A program made the position numbers and the translations under genes. From the NCBI GenBank assembly GCA_028826165.1, contig JAPDFW010000091.1, positions 62,001-126,000 of the forward strand: a DNA stretch of 64,000 nt, in the 5' to 3' direction. The notes under the pieces were generated by a model. That model ran no database searches. It was not told the DNA's origin and worked only from the letters and a program-made list of their open reading frames with translations. Positions 23,960 to 36,100 of the stretch are shown here, one piece after another. Position 1 is the stretch's first letter, and each line of letters opens with the position of its first letter. The stretch is from Anaeramoeba ignava BMAN (Eukaryota; Protista; Anaeramoebae).

Positions 23960-26900
23960 TTAATTTTCTTTATCTTTATCTTTTTCTTTTTCTTTTTCAT
24001 CATCATTATCACTTTGTTTTTCTTTCTCATCATCTAAAAATAAAAATAAAAAATAAAAAATTAATTTAAAATTTTTAAATGAATTTTTAAATGAATTTTT
24101 ACTATCAGATTCAATTTGAGGAACAGGAGGTAAAGGAGGTAAAGGAGCACTTCGTATTGATTTTGAAGGATCAAGATTTGATAAAGAAGATTTTTGGATA
24201 TTTTCTTCTTCTTTCAAGTTGACATAATCAGGGATCATTTGGAAATCATTAAGAAGCTTAAGAGAGGATTTATGGATAAGACTTGAATCAGCACCTTCAA
24301 GCTCTTCATAATCAGGGGAAATTTGAGGGGTTTGAACTGAATGGAAGTTGCGATTTGCATAGAAATTAGCCTTTTCTTTAAGCTCTTTGATTTTCTTCTT
24401 AGTTGATTTGGCCTCTTTTTTAGACATTGAAGAAAGCATTTGTTCAATATCTGATTTAGGCCATTGAAAACGGAACAATTTTGTGTTGTTTTTCAAGCTC
24501 CAAACAAACTCCTGCAAATTTGAAAAAGTGGAGCAATTGTTGTCGAAGAAAACGAGCTGGAGATTGCAGGCATCCTGGGACAGCATGTTGGTAAGCTCTT
24601 TGAGCGCATCGAGACCGCAACGGTTTCCTGAGATATCGAGCGCAAGAAGGTTCGTGTTTTTCTGCAGTTTTGCAAGAAGATCCTGGATGTTTTTTGCGAG
24701 ATGAAATTTGTCGTTTCCTCGCATACGGAAATACCGAAGGTTTTTCATCTCCGAGAGCTGGGAAAGCGGCTCGGAAATTTTCGCGACGTCTTTTCCCTTT
24801 GCGATGTTTCTTGACAGGGAGAGTCGCTCTATTGATTTGTTGCTTAAGAACCCGTCCAGTCCGCACAGTGCGATTAATCCGTCGGTTCTAATTTTACAGT
24901 CATCGAGAATAAGCTCCTGAAGGGCTGCGGAGTCTCTGTTTTTCATAAGAACCCGAGTGATTGATTTTGCGCCCGGAATCCCTAAATCGTTGTTTGTTAA
25001 ATTGAGCGTGAATTGCAACAACTTTTCGTTGCCCAAAACCGCGTCCACTATGTCTCCTGCCATTTCCCCGATGATTTTTGTGCGCGCGAGATCGAGCAAA
25101 CGCAGTGTCTTGCTTGTTTGAATCATCTTCACTACGCAATCATCTTTTTTCTTTGCAAGAACATCATTATCAGCAAGATTCAAATACTTCAACTTTGATT
25201 CCGACAGAAATTCCGTTATTGTTTCCGTTACAACCTTCATTTCCAATCCAGTGTTTGCCAGATTGAGAAATTCGATCGGATTGTTTTCTTTTGTTGATTC
25301 GATCCACTTTTTAAACGCTTGTGATCCTTGTTTGGAAAACACATTGTTCGACAAATTTAGATAAATCAATTTCCCCTTTCCGCCGCTTTTGGCGAGTGCG
25401 TTGAACAGGCTTGAGATCCCTTTCGGTCCCAGTTGGCAGAACGACAGATCAAGGTGTGTTAGTTTACTGCTCATTTCTTCTATTCCTTTGGAAAGACTTG
25501 ACATCATCACTTTGTCGGGAATTTTGTTGACTGACAAATCCATATATTCCACAGCTATATTCTTGTTCTTTTGCAGTGCGTTTCCGAGTTCATCGAATCC
25601 TTCTGCTGTTTCCAGTCCGCTTATTGTTACTTTCCTTATTGTTGTGTTTTCTGTGAATGTCTCGCTGAAAATCTTCAGAAAATCTGGTCGATCCGAGTTA
25701 AAAATTGTGAATTGTGTGAAGTGGTAATCATTGCGTAATGCGTCTCGAATTGCGTTGATTTGATTGTCGTCTGCTTTGATCTTGTCTAATGCCTTGAAGT
25801 TTGTTAAGTCGAAGTTGTATTTTTTTGATAAATCTTCGCTTAGAAATAATTCTTTTTCAACGTAATCAATGAATTCTTGATTTTTGTTTGTTAAGTGGTA
25901 TCTGCAATAAGCTTCGTATCTGTTTACAAATGCGTCGCTTGAAGTCATTGCTTTTTTAATTTAATTAACAAAATTTTATAAAAGAATTTTATAAATGAAT
26001 TTTATAAATGAATTTTAATTTTAATTTTATAAATGAATTTTATAAATGAATTTTATAAATGAATTTTAATTTTAATTTTAATTTTAATTTTAATTTTATA
26101 AATGAATTTTAATTTTGATTTTATAAATAAATTTTAATTTTGATTTTTAATTTTAATTTTAATTTTAATTTTAATTTTAATTTTAATTTTAATTATAATT
26201 TTAATTTTAATTTTAATTTTAATTTTAATTTTAATTATAATTTTAATTTTAATTTTAATTTTAATTTTAATTTTAATTTTAATTTTAATTTTAATTTTAA
26301 TTTTATAAATGAATTTTAATTTTAATTTTATAAATGAATTTTAATTTTAATATTAATTTTAATTTGAATTTTAATTTTAATTTTAATTATAATTTTAATT
26401 TTAATTTTAATTTTAATTTTAATTTTAATTTTAATTTTAATTTTAATTTTAATTTTAATTTTAATTTTAATTTTAATTTTAATTTTAATTTTAATTTTAA
26501 TTTTAATTTTAATTTTATAAATGAATTTTAATTTTAATTTTAATTTTTAATTTTTAATTTTAATTTTAATTTTATAAATGAATTTTAATTTGAATTTGAA
26601 TTTTTAAATATATTTTTGATTACCTGGCACTTGGAATGGAACAATTCTAAATAAAAATATAATTAAAAATAAAAATAAATTTAAAATGATTAATAAATTA
26701 AATTATTATTGATCTTCTTAAATTTTTCTTTTTGATTCCAAATTAATGTGCAATTTACCTTCCTTCAGGTTGACAAATAAATTTTGCTTTTTTTTCTTCA
26801 GGAAAACCTTGAACAATTTTCATATATTTTGACTCTATCAAACGATAAATATTATCAGCTTCAACTGATTCTAATTCAACTTCAAAAGAATCAAAAGTAA

Positions 26901-27267
26901 TTTTTAACTAAAAGAAAAAGAAAAAAGAAAAAGAAACAAATTTTTTAATTTTAATTTTAATTTTAATTTTATATTTAATTTTAATTTTTTGATTTTTTGA
27001 TCAAATTAAAACCTTTTTTTCTCCAGAACTTTCAACTTTTTTAATATTATATAAATGAGCCGTTTGTAAAATTTTCTTTTTAATTCCATTCTTTGTTCCA
27101 GGAATTACAATAAAATGAAAATTAGAAACAACAAATAATCTATCTTCTTTCTTTTTCTTTGTTTTTTGTATTTGAAACCAACATAAAGTCATAATCACTC
27201 CATAATTTTCAACTAATGCTTGTGCTGTTGTTCTATCTTGTTCTGTAACTTCTCGAAAATCTCCCAT
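23960..27267 (-). CDS. CARMIL/LRRC16-like protein (PH-like + leucine-rich repeats + Pro-rich tail), 5 exons including a 23-nt microexon (26624-26646)
   Basis: N-terminal KKKKEDRLFVVSNF PH-like segment, FVNRYEAYCRY linker, RI-type LRRs (LTHLDLSFCQL, LIYLNLSNN, LLALDISGNRCG, FFDNN), and APLPPLPPVP. GT-AG junctions keep frame. Confidence 0.85.
25975..26605. repeat. (AATTTT)n microsatellite in a CARMIL intron
   Basis: Visible tandem hexamers; they produce the spurious NFNF ORF. Confidence 0.9.
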
Positions 27268-27424
27268 TTTTTATTATTATTTGTTTTTTAATTAAATTTT
27301 TCTTTTTCTTTTTGAAAAATTTTTTTTTTTTTTGATTTTTGTTTTTTAAATTTTTATTTTTAATTTAAAAATAAAATAATTTTTTTTTTGCTTTTTTTTT
27401 TTTAATTAAAAATAAAACAATAAA

Positions 27425-29555
27425 AAATTAATAAAAATTAAAAATAAATAATAAATTAATCTTATTTTAAATATTTATTTAAGATTATTTTATTTAAATA
27501 AATTAAAATTAATCAAAAATAAAAATAAAAAATTAATTAATAAAAAGTGGAATTAATTTTATTTCCAAATTTATTTACAAAATAAAATAAATAAAAATTA
27601 AAAATAAATAATAAATTAATCTTATTTTAAATATTTATTTAAGATTATTTTATTTAAATAAATTAAAATTAATTAAAAATATAAATAAAAAATTAATTAA
27701 TAAAAAGTGGAATTAATTTTATTTCTAAATTTATTTCCAAAATAAAATTAATTAAAATTAAAAATAAATAATAAATTAATCTTATTTTAAATATTTATTT
27801 AAGATTATTTTATCTAAATAAATTAAAATTAATCTAAAATATAAATAAAAAATTAATTAATAAAAAGTGGAATTAATTTTATTTCCAAATTTATTTACAA
27901 TAAAAATAAATAAAAATTAAAAATAAATAATAAATTAATCTTATTTTAAATATTTATTTAAGATTATTTTATTTAAATTAATTAAAATTAATTAAAAATA
28001 AAAATAAAAAATTAATTAATAAAAAGTGGAATTAATTTTATTTCCAAATTTATTTACAAAATAAAATAAATAAAAATTAATAATAAATAATAAATTAATC
28101 TTATTTTAAATATTTATTTAAGATTATTTTATTTAAAATAAATTAAAATTAATAATAAATAAAAATAAAAATTAATTAATAAAAAGTGGAATTAATTTTA
28201 TTTCTAAATTTATTTACAATAAAAATTAATTAAAATTAAAAATAAATAATAAATTAATCTTATTTTAAAAATTTATTTAAAATTATTTTATCTAAATAAA
28301 TTAAAATTAATCTAAAATATAAATAAAAATTAATTAATAAAAAGTGGAATTAATTTTATTTCTAAATTTATTTCCAAAATAAAATAAATAAAAATTAATA
28401 ATAAATAATAAATTAATCTTATTTTAAATATTTATTTAAAATTATTTTATCTAAATAAATTAAAATTAATTAAAAATAAAAATAAAAATTAATTAATAAA
28501 AAGTGGAATTAATTTTATTTCCAAATTTATTTCCAAAATAAAATCAATAAAAATTAAAAAATAAATAATAAATTAATCTTATTTTAAATATTTATTTAAG
28601 ATTATTTTATTTAAATTAATTAAAATTAATTAAAAATATAAATAAAAATTAATTAATAAAAAGTGGAATTAATTTTATTTCCAAATTTATTTACAAAATA
28701 AAATAAATAAAAATTAAAAATAAATAATAAATTAATCTTATTTTAAATATTTATTTAAGATTATTTTATTTAAATAAATTAAAATTAATTAAAAATATAA
28801 TTAAAAATTAATTAATAAAAAGTGGAATTAATTTTATTTCCAAATTTATTTACAATAAAAATAAATTAAAATTAAAAATAAATAATAAATTAATCTTATT
28901 TTTAAATATTTAAGATTATTTTATTTAAATAAATTAAAATTAATTAAAAATATAAATAAAAATTAATTAATAAAAGTGGAATTAATTTTATTTCTAAATT
29001 TATTTCCAAAATAAAATAAATTAAAATTAAAAATAAATAATAAATTAATCTCATTTTAAATATTTATTTAAGATTATTTTATCTAAATAAATTAAAATTA
29101 ATCTAAAATATAAATAAAAATTAATTAATAAAAAGTGGAATTAATTTTATTTCCAAATTTATTTCCAAAAATAAAATAAATAAAAATTAAAAATAAATAA
29201 TAAATTAATCTTATTTTAAATATTTATTTAAAATTATTTTATTTAAATAAATTAAAATTAATCTAAAATATAAATAAAAAATTAATTAATAAAAAGTGGA
29301 ATTAATTTTATTTCCAAATTTATTTACAAAATAAAATAAATAAAAATTAAAAATAAATAATAAATTAATCTCATTTTAAATATTTATTTAAGATTATTTT
29401 ATTTAAATAAATTAAAATTAATTAAAAATATAAATAAAAAATTAATTAATAAAAAGTGGAATTAATTTTATTTCTAAATTTATTTCCAAAATAAAATTAA
29501 TAAAAATTAAAAATAAATAATAAATTAATCTTATTTTAAATATTTATTTAAGATT
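27425..29555. repeat. Intergenic satellite, unit about 160 bp, about 13 copies, each with one AAAAGTGGAATT core
   Basis: TAAAAAGTGG at 27541, 27701, 27861 and onward to about 29450. Confidence 0.92.
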
Positions 29556-29576
29556 TAAAACTTTATTTAAATAAAC

Positions 29577-31437
29577 TTAAAACTTAAATTCATTCAAAAT
29601 TTTCTCATCTTCTTTTGTATCACTAGATTTAATTTCAAATTCTTTCAACTTCTCAATAATAACCTTAATCTTTTCATCAACAAATTCAGATATTAACCCT
29701 CTCTCTTTTAATACAGAATATTCAAATTCATCAACAACCTTCTTCGATCCATCATTTAAAACAATCATATCAATTTCAAGATCACAATAAGAAATATAAG
29801 AAAAACCAACAAAAATTGGAAGTGAAATATTGCAATATCCACATTTAAAATTCCCTGATTTATCACAATATCTATGAATAGAAACCCAAGATCCATAGCA
29901 AAAACTATAAATATCAAAATCTCCTTTTTCAATCCCTATTCAAATAATTATAAATATTTTTTTATATTTTGATTTTGATTTTGATTTCGAATTTATACTG
30001 TATTTCTCAGTTTGATAATCTTCAAATCCATCATAATATTGAATATTTTCCTGAACTTCCCATCTCCCTTCGAATAACATAAAACCGATTTTCATGATTC
30101 TTTTTAATTAAGGTTCCTCTTTTCAATTCAATAGCAAAATTTGTCCCGATTTTATAGTGATAAATTTGACAATCATCTCTTCCAAAAACTACATTCTCAA
30201 AATAATAATCCAAAAGCAAATCAGACATTTTTTCCTTTTCCTTTTCTGAAAGCTTATCTTTTGTTGAGATGAAATCAAGAAAATCAAGTTGAGGAGAAAA
30301 TTCAATAGGTCGAATTAAGTGATGATTTGGTGATGTTGGAAGCACTTTTCTTCTTTGTTCATCCAATATTCGTTTGCATTCTGTTGATAAATACATATTC
30401 ATAGAATGAAATCCTTGCGAAAGTAGCACATGTCCATAAAGCTTATTCTTATCATTTTGGATTTGATTATCATTTTCGAAATAACACGTGGTAATTCCAC
30501 TTTTATTTGCATTTTCCAAATAAAGAAAAAAAACACGAAGAAGCTCTGTTGATATGCCTATTTCCTGCAAGATCTCTGTTGAATTAGCTTCTGGATTAAG
30601 AACATAAAGCAGAGTTTTTGGTGGAATTTGGATTTGCTGGCTTTGCAAAAGAGGAAGCAAAAAATTGTCAATCCAATCTTTTTCCACTTCTTGTTTTTGG
30701 TTGACTAATATATTCACTCTGTTTTGAAGAGGAGTCTTTTCATCCATTTCTGGGCAATAAACCAAATAGCAACTCCATGTTTGATATCCATAATTAAATA
30801 AAGTGTTTTGATCCATCTTGCATTCAATTTGATCGCTTAATTTGTTTCTTTTTGACACAATTTGGAACAAGTAATATTTCCCAATTTCAACATCTTCTCT
30901 GCTTGTGGCCCAATTTCCAAATGTAAAAGAACCCAAATTCACAGTATAAGTTTTAACTTGTGCTTTTTCATCTTTTTTCTTTTTGACAATTTGAACACTT
31001 TCAACTTTGCCAAGCAAAATTGTTCCTTTATTCAATTCAATTGCACCCGAAATTGAAGGTATTGATTTTCTCAAGCTTACAAACAAATTCTGAAGATGGG
31101 TCTGTGTTCCTTGCGCTGTAAATCCCAATGAGGCAGAATTTTCTGAAATATCTTGAATTGTTAAATTGGGTTGATTCATTGGTTTTCGAATTGTTGGAAA
31201 TCGATTTCTTTGTTCTGACGATAAAAACATTTGTTGGTAATCTTGATTTAAAATTTGGATCAAAGCTGTTGAATATCTTCCTTTAGGAAAAAGAGAAACT
31301 GTCTTTTTTTAAATAAGAGAAAAAAAATCAAAATGATAAAAAAATTTTTCATTTATTATTCTCATTTATTTCGATTATTTTTTTACTGTTGGATCGTTTA
31401 TAGTTTGGATTAAATTCTCAAAAGAAAAAAATTGCAT
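29577..31437 (-). CDS. fau-1: FAU-1-like ribonuclease (archaeal AU-binding RNase; RNase E/G-like N-terminal half + DUF402 C-terminal domain), 3 exons, about 570 aa, one +1 frameshift near 30046
   Basis: Exons 31437-31387, 31302-29999 and 29935-29577 (1714 nt; 1713 = 571 codons after removing one base). Motifs KGRYSTALIQIL, CKRILDEQRRKVLPTSPNHHLI, YHYKIG, IRREMGSSG..YYDGF, EKGDF, SWVSIHRY, YCNISLP, YCDLEIDM, VVDEFE and GLISE correspond in order to FAU-1 motifs RGIYSTALTKLL, KxxLDExRxxVxPTxxGHH, HxKPDG, RRxxxxGxYDGL, EGD, YYNINTP, YVDLEVDV, IIDxEEL and GxISEEL. Confidence 0.8.
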
Positions 31438-31573
31438 GATTTAAATTAATTTTTTAAAAAGGAAAAAATGAAAAAAATTTTTTTGAAAAATTTTTTATTT
31501 TCATAAATTCAAAATTCAAAATTCTTAATTTAATTTAATTTAAATTTAATTTAATTTAATTTAAAAATTCTTT

Positions 31574-32843
31574 CTAAAATTGTTCTGTTTGTGTTTCTTT
31601 ATCAATTTTCTGAATCAAACTAATTTTTTCTTGACTTTTTCTTCTATTTCTAGCAGATAATTCTAATTGTGTCCATCTTTGTTGATAAATTTCAACCATA
31701 TTTTCCAATTTTTTTCTTTCTTCTCTTTCAAATTGTAATTGTTTTAAAATTTCTTCTTTTGAAATTGTATCTTTTTCAAATTCTTTTTTTGCAATTTGAC
31801 TTGCCATTAAAAAACTTTTTTGGAAACTTTTAGCACTTTTTGATAATTGATTTCTAAAGAGTTGAATTTTTTTTTTCATTGAAATATTTTCTTCTTCAAC
31901 TTTTGCGAGTTTTTTGTTTTGAAGTTTTAAATGAAGGATTTGATTTTCCAAATTTTGGATCAAATCATTTTGATTTTGATTTTGATTTTGATTTTGATTT
32001 TGATTTTGATTTTGATTTTGATTTTCATTTTGATTTTGATTTTGATTTTGATTTTTGATTTTGATTTTCATTCTTCTTTTCTTCTTTTCCTATTTTAGGA
32101 AGTATTGTCACAAGTTTGTTCATTGTTTCTTTAAAAAGTGCCCAAACTGCATTCATTTCTTGATTTGATTCTTCTTTATTTTCATCACTAAAAGATTCAA
32201 GTTCAATTTCTTCAAAAATTTCACTTGAATTAGTTGGGATTGTTTGAATATTATCTTCAAATTGAACTTCTTTAGTTTTTGAGTTTCGGTTCATTTTTGG
32301 GTTTTGATTATCACCAACATGAATTGTATCTTTAAGTAAAGTATTACTCTTTGAAATTTTGATTTGATGATTAAGATCTTTTTCTTTATCAATATAAGAA
32401 TTTTTTACATTCCAAATTTTTTGTTCTTCTAAAAAATTGATAAAAAATTTATAAAAAATTTATAAAATTTAAGATTCTTTTTTAAATATTTGATTTGGAA
32501 AATTTTATTTGTGTTTTTTTTTTTTACTTGAATTTTCTTCTGATTTTTTTGATTTATTTTTTGATTTATTTTTTGATTTATTTTTGGATTCAATTTTATT
32601 ATCAGAAGTTGATTGAAGTATTTTTTGTAATTCTTGAGCTCGAGAATAATGAATATTATAAAGAATTTCAAGTGGTTGTGTATCTTTTACATTTTGCATA
32701 ACTTTTTGATAAGATTCACAAGCATTTTGATGATTTTTAAAAGCTTGAACAAGATCTCCAGATTGTTCAGCTTTTTCTGCAAGTTCTGAATAAAAATCTG
32801 CTTCTACAAGCATACTATGATTAAGAATAAAAGATTGTGTCAT
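31574..32843 (-). CDS. MIT-like N-terminal domain + C-terminal coiled-coil protein, Atg38/NRBF2-like; 2 exons plus a 1-nt indel in an NQ repeat
   Basis: Intron 32527-32429 joins in frame. N-terminal three-helix ADFYSELAEKAEQSGDLVQAFKNHQNACESY. C-terminal coiled coil ending YQQRWTQLELSARNRR resembles fungal Atg38-type tails. Confidence 0.5.
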
Positions 32844-33112
32844 AATTAAAACACAAATTTGCTTTTTTTCTTTTAAATAAATTATAAAAAAAAAATAAAA
32901 TGAAAAAAAGAAAAAAATGAAAAAAAAATGAAAAAAGATTTTCTTTGTTTTTTTTTTTACCAATTCAAATTGAGAAAATGATCAAATTCTTCAAAAAAAC
33001 AAAAAGAAAAGAAAAAAAGAAAGAATTTTGTTTTTTCAAACAATTCATATTCTTTTTTTTTTTTTGTTTAATTTTCTTTTAAATCTTTTTGATTTTTATT
33101 TTTTTTTTGAAT

Positions 33113-36100
33113 TTATTTTTTTTTGAATTTTTGAAGGAAATTTTGGATTTGTTTTTTTAATTCTAAATTTGGAATAAGATTTGTTGAAGATAATTTCATT
33201 TCTTTATAAACAGGACTTGTATCATGATTTTTAAACCATTTCAATATTGCATTTCTTTCATAAGTTCTTCCATCATCAGCAATTACAGGATCATTCATAA
33301 TTTGGTTAGTTAACGGACAAATAAAATTTTGAGGAATTTTTTCGTCAATTTGAAGAAAATCTTCTGGAAATTGAATCGAAAATTGATTATCAAAATGTGC
33401 GGTTGAATTAAATGGCTGTATTAAATTTGGAGGAACTTCAATTTGATCATCAGTTGAAATGAAGGCTTCTTTATTATAAGCATAAGGATTATATCGCCAA
33501 TTTTTGGAAAAAAGATAATGATTAAAATCGCCTTCAAATGTTTTTGTTCCGTAAGGATTTGATCTTTTAATATTTAAATTCAAGATTAAATTTGGATTTT
33601 GATTTTGATTTTGATTTAAATTTAAATCTAAATTTTGATTTTGATTTTGATTTTGATTTTGATTTGGATTTGGATTTAAATTTTCCAAATCCATGATTTT
33701 TGATAATTTTTCCTTCTTTTTTGCAAAAAAAATATCATCTTCATTTTTGGTTAATTCTTTGAATTGATCAAATTCTCTTAATTTATGAATAATTTTTATT
33801 CTTAAACCTAATGATGTTATTCCCAATGCAGCCAAATTAAAATTATCCATATAAATCAAGTCTTTTCCCGAAATTCTTGCATCTTGGAAAATAAGAATCA
33901 AATCATCAAGTCCAATTAATTTAAGGAACATGATTGAATTTTCTTGATTCCAAGAAGAAATGGGTTTTTTTCGAAGTTCGGCTTCATTTTGAGTGATTCT
34001 TTTGCTTTTAAATTGCAATTCGCAATTGTCGTCATCCCAAATATATTCTTCAAGTGAATCATGTTCACATTTTTCTGGATTAATTAGCAATACAAAAGGC
34101 GGACATGAAAATCGAGCCTGAAGAATAACTCGACAGGACTCTTCCGCTATGCTTTTGGGTATTACATAAGGTGGTATTTTTGATCCTCTCTTCCGAATCT
34201 CAATCAACTCTTGTAATTTCTTTTCCTGTGTTTCCAATCTAAAATCATCAAAAATTGGTCTTTCTTTTTCTATTATTTTTTTTTCTTCCACAATTGAATC
34301 TAAATTTCCCATTTCAAAATTTACAATTCTAACAATATTTAAATTATCATGTGGATAAAATTTTGCAGTTGGATCGTTTTTCATTCCGTTTGTCCAGTAT
34401 GAAACGTATATATCATTATTTGCATGGAAATATATTCCTTCTGCTGATTTTGTATCCTCTCTCCAACTTCCTTGATATCGGTCTCTATCAATTTTAAAAT
34501 TATTTAAAATTTAAAATGAATTTGATTTGAATATTTTTTATTAATTTTAAAATGAATTTGATTTGAATATTTTTTAATAATTTTAAAATGAATTTGATTT
34601 GAATAATTTTTAATATAAATTTGATTTGAATATTTTTTAATAATTTTAAAATGAATTTGATTTGAATATTTTTTAAAATGAATTTAAATATTTGATTTGA
34701 ATATTTGATTTGAATATTTTTTAAAATGAATTTAAATAATTTTTAATATAAATTTGGAATATTTGATTTAAATATTTAATTTGAATAATTTTAAAATGAA
34801 TTTAAATATTTTTTAATAATTTTAAAATGAATTTGATTTGAATATTTGATTTGGAATATTTGATTTGAATATTTAATTTTAAAATGAATTTGAATATTTA
34901 ATTTGAATATTTGATTTGAATATTTTTTAATAATTTTAAAATGAATTTAAATATTTGATTTGAATATTTTTTAATAATTTTAAAGTGGATTTGAAATATT
35001 TGATTTGAAATATTTGATTTGAATATTTGATTTGAAATATTTGATTTGAATATTTGATTTGGAATATTTGATTTGAATATTTAATTTGAATATTTTTTAA
35101 AATGAATTTAAATATTTTTTAATAATTTTAAAATGAATTTGAATATTTTATTTGAATATTTAATTTGAATATTTGATTTGAATATTTTTTAATAATTTTA
35201 AAATGAATTTGAATATTTGATTTAAATATTTAATTTGAATATTTAATTTGAATATTTGATTTGAATATTTAATTTGAATATTTAATTTGAATATTTGATT
35301 TGAATATTTGATTTGAATATTTGATTTAAATATTTGATTTGAATATTTGATTTAAATATTTTTTAATAATTTTAAAATGAATTTGAATATTTAATTTAAA
35401 TATTTAATTTGAATATTTAATTTGAATATTTGATTTGAATATTTTTTAATAATTTTAAAGTGGATTTGATTTGAATATTTGATTTGAATATTTAATTTTA
35501 AAATGGATTTGGAATATTTGATTTGAATATTTAATTTGAATAATTTTTAATAATTTTAAAATGGATTTGGAATATTTGATTTAAATATTTAATTTCAAAC
35601 CCTGTTGCATAATAATAATCTCCAGTTCCATCTTTTAAATCATATCTCCAATCCCCTAAAAATTTTTTAAATAAAGAAATTTAAAAAACTTTTTTATTAA
35701 AAATTTAAATATTAAAAATTAATTTTTATAATACCTTTATAAATATCTCCTTCAGCAAAATGATATATTCCAAATCCATGTCTTTGATTACGATGCCTTA
35801 AATAAAAATGTAAATATATATAAATAAAAATATAAAGTAAAATTAATTTTTGGATTATTTTTAATTTTGAATGATTTTTGGATTATTTTTGATTTACCAA
35901 TGCCCTAAATATTGACTTCCATTATCTGCATAATAAAACATTCCTCTTTAAAATACAAAATCAAAATCAAAATCAAAATCAAAACTTAATTTGTTTTTGT
36001 TTGATTAATTAAAAAATTTTTAATTTTTTTTAATTACATTCCTTCTTTTTCTCCATTATACCAATCTCCATAATACCAATCTCCATTTCTATAAATATAA

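Noticed and set aside
24456-25727. Overlapping and antisense short ORFs in CARMIL (likewise in VPS15 and the GT-C gene)
   Set aside because: Expected by-products of the locally higher GC content; no recognisable domains.
2575-27267. CYRI, Rac-like and CARMIL as a functional actin-regulation gene cluster
   Set aside because: They are separated by unrelated genes over 25 kb, and such genes are numerous in amoebae; chance proximity is sufficient.
27425-29555. Regular repeats as a CRISPR array
   Set aside because: Whole units are repeated with no unique spacers, there are no cas genes, and the context is eukaryotic.
30031-30050. TTA-TGA at the FAU-1 frame break as an antizyme/prfB-style +1 frameshift site
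   Set aside because: Shifting at the stop would lose the Tyr of the conserved YDG motif. Deleting one A from the run at 30046-30049 restores it, and similar indels are common in this window.
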